Source: Fimbriosthenelais zetlandica
Taxonomy: Eukaryota
Assembly (NCBI GenBank): GCA_977030845.1
Contig: OZ365115.1
Coordinates: forward strand, 29,636,001 to 29,700,000
Reading direction: 5' to 3'
DNA: 64,000 bases
Of this stretch, positions 49,534-61,036 are shown in pieces. Within the stretch, counting starts at the first letter, position 1; each line of letters starts with the position of its first letter. Both the position numbers and the translations under genes were made by a program. The notes beneath the pieces are model-generated. The model was not told the DNA's origin. It saw nothing but the letters and a program-made list of their open reading frames with translations, and ran no database searches.

Positions 49534-52500
49534 GTAGGTGCCATACGCTGATCAAAAGGTTATAGCTAGGACCTTTCCCATTGGTTAGTCTCAATGTATC
49601 ACTGACATTATCTTCCTTCAAGAATTCTGGATATATTTAGGAAATCACTCAAGATTAAAAATGTCACCGAAACTTATTCCAGTATAGATTCGTTATAAAA
49701 AGTCTATATAACATTGAGTAACCACTGAGAATGCTCCACCCCATAGATTTAGAGCCAAGACCTGCCAGACAAAAAGCTATTTTCTACCAGGATTTTCTGG
49801 TCAAATACATGTATACATGTTTCCTGAATGACTAAGAGCCATCAAATAATCTCTCATCTCAATTCATTACTGAAACCAGAACTCCTTAATCAGTCCTTCA
49901 CCATAGTTGACCAGTTCATCATTAACTGTCTGGCAGGTTTCTATTATTCCTTGCATGCCCTCAACTCCTACCTGAGTATATTTCACATTTATTTTTAGAC
50001 CTTCTTGTTCTACCTTTCAAGATTCTGCAGTACAACGACTCGATGAATGAATGTATATCTCTACCTTTATAGTTTTTTTACTGAAATGCATAATTAACTC
50101 ATTCTGAAGAATAACACTTAAGTTTCCCCAAGTTCTACTTGACCTTAGAATATTACCTAGATCTTGTCTGACATTACAAATTTGTAACACACTTGATTAG
50201 AAAACCTATTGCATCATCAAGACCATGTTAGTAGACGTATACACACAAAACATGTAGAATTATTAACACGCAGGTACAATACACTTAATCTAGTGGTAGC
50301 ACTACTTCCTCACGTGGAATATTACATGCACATGTCGCACACAGAATTTGTTTTAACCACTAGGTCCATATTATAGCATTGTAGTGAACAAATAAACCTT
50401 GCAATGTACTCACACTTTTGGTTTGCTGGTATTTCTCTATTTCATCTGTATTTAACTTTCTTCATTCTACGTACATTGAAACTTTCATTCCATGCATAAA
50501 TACACCGAGGCTAGAAACCATTATTTGTTTCTGAGGTAGGTATACATCGGAAAATTAACAGCATGCATGTATTTTGTTTCTTCACAGGTCCTAAATTATA
50601 TATAGCATATCGTCTCTGATAGAGATATATAGGCTATGACCCAAGAGAATAATGCCAACTGTGTTGGGGCAATTTTTCAAATATTGAAATCCCATTGGTT
50701 CTGGTCCACACAACAATATGTCAATATATTTCCGATATTTCGGGGAAAATTCTATTGCAAAAGGGGCTTAAATTTCTGGGCTTAAGTTTACATGTGAGTA
50801 ATATTAAGACATGGATGAGAGTTGGCCAGGTGTATGGCAGGGTGTTGGACCACATAGTGGGGGAGTGTGTAGGTGAGGAGGAGGCGAAATGGATGAGAAG
50901 CCAGCATCAGCCATTTAACCCATCCAACTATCTCCTCAATCATTCTCTACATTCTCCCTGTCACTTCCTACAACATGCTCATTATAACGAGAAGTGTGAA
51001 CTTCTCCCTCCCCTTCACTCACTTTTGTTCTATCCCACACATGAAGATTTCTAGAAGGTATACCTCTTGTTACCGAATAATTAGGTGCCACCTTATAAGA
51101 AAAGCCATTTATCAGCACACAAAAACAGTTCAAATCCCTATTGCTTCTTAAAGCTGAGGAAACTTGGTAAGTTCTGAGGAACTTGTTTCTGGAATCAACT
51201 TATGTGCCTCTAGTGAATTAGCCTTTTAAAATCAGCTAGCGGCAACTAGGCCTAATGGACCGTAAGGAAAGTGATAGTCAGAGGTTCCCACGAGGAAAAT
51301 AGTAGAAGTTATTGTGGAAGTGGGATCAAGAGATGTCCGGTCAGTTTAATTGACCATAACTGTGGGCCATTTGTGCGTCTGATAGATTAATTTACACTTC
51401 AGAAGAACTGAATTTAGTATTCTCATAGGATACTTCACAATCTGCACCATGTCCACCCTGCTTCTTTCATTCTTGATTTTAAGACCCAATTTCCACATAT
51501 AAGTGAGTGCATGCATGGGCCAGACAAACTAAAGAGGTCTGGAATTGTTTTGTGACCTTTGGAATTGCTTTCGATCGAAATTTCACCATTATGAATCCAC
51601 TCAAATCTACTGGGTGTACATGCCTTGTATCCATAAAACCAGCCAAATCACTAATTTCGTGATGATATGCATGTACATGTATGTCTTTAGGACGTTTTAG
51701 TCCGTTTCTCTACCCTCTGTGGTCCATGTAATGGACTAAGAGGATACCCATAAAGCACGTCTCTAAGGGTGGCCATGGGGACGCCCACAGGTGCGTTCTC
51801 TGCTCCATCAACTCCCATCATTCTCCAGTATCTTCATGAGGCCAGGCCAAAAAGTCTTATCTCCCCCTCACGAGCATCCCCTCCAGGCCGTAAGGAATAG
51901 AATTTTATGGGAGCAGTTGGTGGAGTCGGTAACATAGCTTAATCATATTTTCGGCCTTTTTCGTTCCCACTTTTCTGCAGACTTCCACAGGGGGACATTT
52001 ATGCTGAATGACTTTTAATCTTCTGCAAATTTATATCTGCAAATTTGAGTGGTTCTTTCAAATGGAATTAAATGGATAAGGGGCCCAAGCAGATCTACTT
52101 CAGAGAGAAAATCAACTCTCAGAAAAAAGGCGAGGCTGTTTTCTGAAAGCAATATGCGTGAGGTAACTAATACAATAATTTTATAGTGGTATTAAATTAT
52201 TAGCGTGCATATATATGAAGTATACAGTAAGCATGCACCTAAAATTGAACCTTTCTCTGTGTGACAATGAAGCATTTGGCCTGACCTTCCATATGCACGT
52301 AAAGTCGTCATCATCCCCAAAACTCTCATGCAATAGATAAGACGATTTACTTGAGTGTCAATTTGCAGGATGGCGTGCAGCAACTTAAAGAGTTTCAGGT
52401 AAAACGGGAAAAGTCAATGGATAATAATATGATCTATAATGACAACGTTTCCATTTAGCCTGCTATACTATATCAAATATGAGCCCATCATGATAGGATT

Positions 52501-55500
52501 ATTCATATTCTCCGATGTCTAAAAGAAGTGCATGTCTGGCAGTCTGCAGACCAGCAGGGCTTCAGGACTTTGTCTATCATTGTCTGTATATTGGAATATC
52601 TTCCTATACATCCCTTCCTATATATTTTCTTTTCTTATTTTTGTACCTCATCCCCTTCCTTTCACTTTGTAACTCGTGCTATAGAGCTTCTATTGTTACC
52701 ACAGACACGGTTTCTCTATAGCTCCTTTCTTGTGAAAAAGGCCTTTGGCCAGTGCCTTTGAGGACTTAGGAACTATCCAATATAACTGTCCCTCTGTATA
52801 GGTCAGTGAATCCCTTGTAACTCTTTACCTGTGCATTAAAATAACCTTCATAGCCTTAAGGCCATAGGATCTCAATATGTTTCTATAAGGTCCACATCTT
52901 TTGTCCTCAAAAGCAAAACACCCTGCATTGAAATATTTCGAATACGACGTGTTTTCATTTGTGATTAAGTCCACGTCTATTGCTCTCTATACAGAGTCAT
53001 AGATGTGTGAAATTGAAGATGGGAAGTTCAGAAGCAAACCAGAAAATGAAATTCTGTATGACATTTGCCACGACAATGAACCATCCGAAGGGAAGCATCT
53101 CCTTGATTTTGAAACCGTTGATCATGACCAATTTCAAAAGCTATAAGCCCCATCTTCGTTCCCACTCCTTAAGCCTTTATACTACGGTCACACTTCTTGG
53201 TAATTCGGAAATATCAAACTGACATTGGATCTAAAAGAAAACAGCGACAGTAATGAGAATATCCATGTCAGTTAAAATAAAGTTACAAGGAAGGTGTTTT
53301 AAAGATCTTTCCTGCCTTATATGTATACAGATATGAGTAGCATATTAAATAATAACAGGGCTTTACAAGGCAAAATGTTCTATTAATCACTTTCCGGTGG
53401 GGTTCCAACCCATAGAACATGCATGTCAACCTGTGCTCTATTCTCTAATAATTATCAGTGACCCTGTATTTGACATTTAATTAGTTTATGGGTCTATGTC
53501 TAGCTCTAGGTGCCCTCCACTACATGTCTCTGCCGCCAGGGGGTGGGGAAGCACTTGACCCTCAACACGAGGGACCTCCTGTAGAGGTCTCTCACCTGCC
53601 AATCACCTTCGCTGGGGGTCTTTTCTCACCTGTCCGCTGTGGTGTCAAGGAGAGCGGTAGTAGAGGTGGAGAAGTAGGCTCTACCTCTTCAGATGGGGTT
53701 GAGGGGGTGAGAAGGGCTTCTCTGTTGGCCCAACACTTTTATCTGAGAGGACTAACTGTGGGCAGACATTCAGACTAAGTAATTGAATGCACGCAGGTGG
53801 AAAATTCGATTACAGGCCTAGTGGCATCTGACATTTCCTTCCACATTGTATCTCTATTGTGTTAGGTGAGAGGAGTGGGACCTCCATCAAGTCTTATTAA
53901 TTAAGTAATCTCTAATAGCGATAAGAAGCTGGAGATAGACCTAGATTACTTTGATGTTCAAAAGGGAAGATATTTCTGTAGTAAATTTACACAGTACGTC
54001 CACTAAATAAGCCTAATAAGCAATAATTTCTGAGTATGAAGGAGTGATTTTCATGAATAATGTTATTAAAGAATTTTATAAATATGCACATTACTCAAGA
54101 TATCTATAAATATGCACAGATAAAGTCGATATTCGAAGTACATACATTTAATGTGGGGAATAGAACTTTTTTCTTTCCGGTGATCTTTGATATTGTTCCA
54201 TTCCCCCAAAATATGAATTTTCATTTCATATTCCCTTTGTCTCATTCAATGGTTTGGACAAACATTATTTCTATGTAACCCAGGCTAATACTGATAACCT
54301 AACCAGAGCCTCGAAATTTTCTCACGCTGGAGCATTTCTTTGCCCGAGTCTCATAAGTGGAGGGCACATATATCCTTCAGTCAACAAGGGCCCGCTACAG
54401 GGCCCTTCAGCTCTGACAAGCAGCCTTGTTCTTTCCACTCTCGCCCCTTCACGCGAGAGCTTCGTCTACGAGAGCACCTCTCGAGAGGATTAGAGGAATA
54501 ATTTAGCTCCCAAGATCGTTTACTTCCCCCTTGAGGATTTAGTCTAGGAAAACAAAGGTTCAAGTCGCCTGCACCGCCCCTCGAATTATGGATGCCGGGG
54601 GCCAACTGCGTCCCCTTGTGGTGAGAACCGGGGACATTTAACAGGGAATCAGACATGCGCACCTGTTCTCCTACTGTCTCTATATATTAACAGTACCATA
54701 ATTCATAAATCAATGCCAGATATTGACTTCATATGAGCATATCCATATTCTACTTTGATAAAGTTGATATTTAACATAGTTAAGTTTAATATATTAGTAT
54801 GATTCTCTGAAGAGTTTTCTTGATCCAAGAAATTCCCAACAATCAAAGAAATATTTTGAAATATATTAATATTTTTATATTATTTCATGATTTGTTACAA
54901 TCAGAGTTGCTTCTTTTTTGCCTAAAACCAAAATGGAAAATCTCACTTAATTATATTGGCCACTATTATCCTTCTCGACACCCCGTTTTCCCACATCCCA
55001 ATCAAATTGATTAATCCATGTTAACATTAGCTCCTCTTGATTGGTAATAAGACAAGCTAATCTCTAATTACCCGGTGGCTCAGTGTATCAGCAGCCAGCT
55101 CGCTGTCACATGCCGGTAATAACCTATCATTATCTTCATTATTTCTCATTGCACTGTGGTATGCAAGACGTCCATGTAGCCACTTGGGTGGAAGTGCTCA
55201 TAAGTCCAAATCAGACCACTTTTTCTTCCCTAGGAAATTGAGCTACTATCCATATGTAAGAATACGATTCTTTCACCTCATTCACAGGGGTAGGTGAATA
55301 TGGGTGTAGTGGCTCATGAAATCACAACCACCATGACTCTGTTTCAGAAACAAATGCAAGTTAATTTATATGGAAATGGATAAGTTATTCTTGCACATTC
55401 GGCACATTTTTTCACACAACTTGTTTTTCAATTTTATGGTGAGCGTGCAAATGTGTGCATCATCTAAATTGGTGGTAACTGACTGACTGGACCCGAAATG

Positions 55501-58500
55501 GGCTTTGTTGAAACAGATTACCTGGGAATCTGGCGGTGTTTTGATTAAATATTTCCTTTTAAAAAGGATGTGGATATAAGATTTAAAAAGATCTAGGGCT
55601 AAGCTTGAGATCAAATAGCTGAGTGCACTCACCCTGATAGAGGGTGGGGGAATACCTCCATATTCAACATTGATATACATTATATTTAACATCCACTCTT
55701 TGAAGAAAGGCAATCTTTTGTTGTTTGAGCAACGCCTTTCGGAAATACTCAAAATTATATTATTTAAGTTGCAAAACAGAATGTTTATAGAAGATACGGC
55801 GCCAAAACTTGGTGCTGTAAATATAATATCAAAGATGCACCATGGTTCATATTAGTCTATATATAGGGTCGCCCATTATAACTTTCTTTGGACACAGATC
55901 TTTGATATTACAAAGAATAAAATTAGTGAGAACGTCTTTATTAATGACAATAGATGAGGTGGGTGTCTGATCTTATAAGACTCACGCGTGAAATTCATGA
56001 GAGTATATCGGTGTTGGTAGCAACCCCCTTAACCCGGGCTGGCGAGGGAGTTAAGCTGAGGGGGTTTTTAACATTACCTTAGCATCCACCCCACGTAGAG
56101 GAGATAATCTGTCCCCAGCCGGCAGAATCCCCCCGGGATCATCTGTACAGGGCCAGTCTCCCCCACACCCAATATTTGGAATAGTCCTCATTTGGCCAGT
56201 AGCTTGTCCAGTCACGGCTCTATGTTGATTTCTACACTCTAGCACCTCGCTGGTAAGCATAAACGACAACACCCCTGTCATAAATAAACGCTACCCATGC
56301 TGAAACTCTCACCCGCATGTATTTTATATACCCACTTACCTCTTGAGAGATTTATAGAAAAAAAACACAGCTTGTGGATATTATTTTTCACAGTTGTCTA
56401 CTAAGTCAAGGCTCTGTTCTAAGTGTCTTATAGATGACATGTAACGACTGGGCTTTGGGCTGAAAAAAGCATCTCTGCAATTATAACTTAGGTCCAAGTT
56501 CACACCAGCAGGATTTTCATATTGACTGGTGTCCATGATAGCTGCTTATAAATACAATTTATGTATATCAAAGGGAATGATTATGAATGATATCAGGCAC
56601 CATTGTCCTATATATTACTGGCTAATATATAATATAGCAATTTTATGCTTCCAAATTGGAAAAAAAATCTCAAAATGGAGATAAGTCTCTAGAAAGACTC
56701 AGAATCATGTTGGTTAGAAATCAGGCTGACATCCCTGTGTATCCCTACCTTCAAGAACCTTTTCCTTGACAGTTACTAATTACATGGGTCTTCTCAGCTG
56801 ATAAAAGATCTACTGCCCCTGATCAACGAACAGGGGCCTGTTTCATATAACGTTAGCAAATGCTAAGCCTATATAGGCTGATGTAAAACATCTTGTGAAA
56901 CGTGCCCCAGGTAAATGTAAACCAGGCTGCCATCCTCCACAGACAGGAGCCTATCACCAAGGTAACCAGAGACACGGCTTCATTATCACCGTGAAGCCAA
57001 CAAGTCACCCATATCTCCATTATTTTCCACCGGAGTGACATTTATTCGTGGGGGTGATATGCCCTGCAGGTCCATACCTGTGGCTTATCACTTGTCTGAC
57101 GGTTTCCCTTCATTTTCTCTCCCACTTTACACCTAAAAATCGACATGATCGTGCAGAGGATCTTCAATCATGCTATCGATCCAGGAGCAGAACTTAAATA
57201 GCCCTAACCCAATCATGGGACTACATGTTTGTATTCAAGAAATAATTATGTTTACAGAATGTTCATGTCAAATTACAAAATACACAAAATATATATTCAG
57301 ATATTTTCATTTTGCGGAATCATTACCTTGGTAGGTAATGATTATTAAAGCAATGCATCCACACATCTCTTGTACATATCTCACTAATATTTACAGTGCA
57401 CAACATGGTGAAGCTTAACAGATGGTCGAGGTAGTAGTATGTGGTTGTGGGGTTAATCTCAGGCCTGTAAAACATGCACATCTTGGTAATTTTGTCAATA
57501 GTCTTGCCTAGTATCATAGTACTATCAATGTCTACGACCTTAACAACCTTATTGTTCATATATTTCAGATGACAGAATCTGTGAATCATGTGGGAAACCC
57601 GTTACGTTTGAAAGTATTGTGCACAATTATTGTGACTCCGATTTTGGTGAGTATTCATTTAAGTATACACGTAGTCGTTTCTTAGCTAAAAATTCTTAAC
57701 AATGAAATTGCAAACGATTGGAAGGCTATTGTCCTATTAGTATTGTAAGGAAGAAGATGGAGAAATGGAGATAATAGACAATAGAACATTTTTAAGAAGT
57801 CTATACTGCAAGTTTCATAACTTTCAACTGAAGAAACAATTCTCTTAAGTTGCTCGGGAACACTGCAAAAGAGAAAGGCTCGGGTGATTGCTATAGGGGA
57901 AGCATTATTTATATGTGAATACAAAAAGAAGATGAAATTTCTCTAAAAGCCTATTGTCTTCGATACAGGCAGCTAGGGATGTGTTTGAGGGATGGATTGC
58001 CTTTCCTTCCAATATTAAATCCTCTATGTCGCCTTGCTACAGTGTGTTTACTTGATGGATGCATAGATACAGAAGAATTCTGGGTGGAACTAAGCGACCC
58101 TGCAATCCAATCTTTTCAAATGCATCAGCTTGGGGAAATGCACGGTGTGGGAAGAGAGTCATTCATACAGGCCCCATGGACTCTTTCCCGAGGAAAGACT
58201 TTTGCCTCAGATTCATTTGCTTCAGATGTGAGCGAAGGCAATTATGTACTAAAGCATTAAGTGCAAAACGTCACTAAGTGACAAAAAAGATTTCCCCCAA
58301 AGAGCAAGAGTTAACTAAGTACACATATAAGCTAGTTTACTATGTCATTAGAGAACATTTGGAATAAGAAAGCTGAAATGCTCAGTTCACTATGGTAGAA
58401 AAGGTCTTTTTATCCTTTATTGCATGATTACTGCTATAATGTTCAATGATTCAATATGTTTATCCTACCAGGCCAGTAGAAGCGATGTCAGTACAAGTAA

Positions 58501-60990
58501 ATCAGCAACAGTTAGCCATTATCCGGCATTCTTATACATCACAAGTAATGACAAGATAATGAGACCAATTTTCCAATAATTGAGGTATAGAGGTAGTGCA
58601 GGTTTTAATCATGAGTTCCAGTACAATCTCATGTATGATGAAAATTAATAATGTTGCAAAGAGATCCCAGCCTCAGGCAATTATAGGTAGAAAAAAATGC
58701 ACCGAGATATGGTGTTGAATGAAACTGGATGCTTTTTGCAGTGAAACTCGAGGATTATCCTCCTATTGCAGCCCTTACATTAAGAGGCTTTGTGTCGCTA
58801 TGTGACCGTACTTATCTTGAAATCCGGGCCCGGGACTATGCATTATAAAAAGTTGTGTACTTCTGAAGCACGCAATGGAATGACCCAGCGTGGAATTTCA
58901 ATCCTATACACGGGTCGTGTAAAAACAACATTGGTGAGTGAATAGCTAGAGAAGGGAGCATTCAATTTCTCGCTATTACTGTAAAGGAAAGATCCCCAGG
59001 GGCAGGGTCATGTGACATGTCCTCCTCCTCTTTTCTCCCCCAGATCTTCGCGGTGGGATTAGAGCAAGCACAGACTGGTAGGCCGGGGGTGGTATTGGAA
59101 ATCTGTCATAGTGGATTCCACCAGTCATTTAGGAAAGCTCTCCCCCACTGGAATCATCACTGTAATTATAGGGAAGTAGGAAGGATTTCTAGACAGAACT
59201 ACAGGAGGGCAGCAAATTAATTGCATCAGAGCTTGCATGAAGCTTGGACATTTCAGAAAACCGTCTTTAATTGATTCCCATGATTCTCAATTTCCTATCC
59301 TAATCCTGATACTGTAAGACCAATACCGGCTCCTCTATTATAAGAGGAGAGGTATTTTCTTCTTTAATTGCACGATGCTAGTATCACAGTGGTTTCCAAT
59401 TCCACACATTGATTCTACATTTCCCAGCCTTATACCTAAGTCTCAAACAGACCAGAGCGTTTTCTTGCAGTGGCGCTCATGGCACAGCTGGGGGACTTTT
59501 TATAGAGGCATGCAGCAGCCTTGGTCTGCCTAAATCAAGCGCCTGTCGCAATTAAACGAACGCATTGCTTCTGCGACTCGGTTAGAAAATCTAAACGGTG
59601 CGCTCAAAAGCTTCTGAAGTTCTGAATTTTTCTGAAGTTGCATGACAAAAAATGCAACCAGAGGTGTTTGCAGTCTGTTCCAGACATAGGACCAATACCA
59701 ATACCTCTATGATGAGCTGGAAAAGCCATTTTCATAAGAAGCTTTTCCGCATCCAGCAGGTGCACAGCAGTTAATCAACCTTCCTGCTGTATCCAATACC
59801 CACATAGCACACGTGGTGGTATTCTGCCCAACAAATATCAATATATCTATATACTTTCTCTGTACATTTCCATGTAAAAGCCCCAGTCTCCTAGTCTGAC
59901 TTGACTACCCTTTCCCCAAACTGGAGATGCCTTCAGCCTTGTCAGTCGTGCCATACACGCTCCCCTAGTAGTACCTTCATGAGGCTAAATGGCTGTAAAT
60001 TGACCTGACTTGATCAAATCACACCACACCATTCTACTTACCACCAACCTCCCTCCACATATACACACAGCGTCAGTATTCAACCTGCATGCTCCTCTAC
60101 AAACACAACTCCAGTGGCAATATACACTCTCCTCAACGTAACCTCACACCGACACTTTTTCATTTTCAAAAGTCAGAAGAAAGCAGGCAAGGAATCCTGT
60201 TTTTGACTTTTTCTATTTTTCATTTGAATGAGTCCCGAAGGAATGTATGTACATGGTTTCCGTTGAGTATATTGCTTGAAATCACAGTAAATTATTTTGA
60301 ACATAATTTACTGCAATGAAGCCTTGAGTTTATTTCAGGCATAATCAACTCGAGGGCTTGATGAGTAAGTGGTCTATCCGCTAAATAATCAATCAAAAAT
60401 ATAGTTCAGTTCAAAAATGATCAAAAATGGGTTCATAATGATCGCATAACTGGGCAATGTTGATCTGGAAATGGTGAATATTTCAACCCAGAACTTAAGA
60501 TATAAGTCTTGAGTGTGATGTTGGAGGGAGTATTAGCTCGATCATGGTGACATATAGCATCACTAAGTTGTCTAGCGGATGATCAGGTTACCTTGACGAC
60601 AGGTCTCCTGTCAATCCATGTCTGGTAAGAAACACACATTGTCCTGTGTGTAATTACAGCTGGTCCTTTATATATTGGAGGTGTATAGGGCAAATCATAA
60701 ATCACAGCTATATATACAAAGATAATATATATATTTCCTTAACTGAGAATAAGGAAAGGAGAACGCTGATACAAAAGTTGAAATTCAGCTGAATACAATT
60801 GAACCGGTGGCAGTAATAATAGGACAAAGCATCTGCTGCACAATCTGGATCAAATATAGAAATATTACTATAGGAAATATGGATATCTGAAAGAATATCT
60901 GATGATATATTCATATCAGATAATGTGAAAATAAGGAATATACTTGTCATATACTGACTTATTTCAGTATCAACTACATGATAGATTTGG

Positions 60991-61036
60991 GATCCACCAA
61001 GATTTGAGATCCACCAAGATCTGAGATCCACCAAGA
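60991..61036. repeat. 17-bp tandem repeat, about 2.7 copies (GATCCACCAAGATYTGA)
   Basis: Read directly: two near-identical copies plus a partial third. Confidence 0.85.

Noticed and set aside
57427-57450. let-7-like GAGGTAGTAG string
   Set aside because: The match breaks down after 10 nt and there is no precursor hairpin.
60991-61036. Short direct repeats here and at 8621 and 29032 considered as CRISPR-like
   Set aside because: They are tandem copies without unique spacers, in a eukaryotic context with no cas genes.
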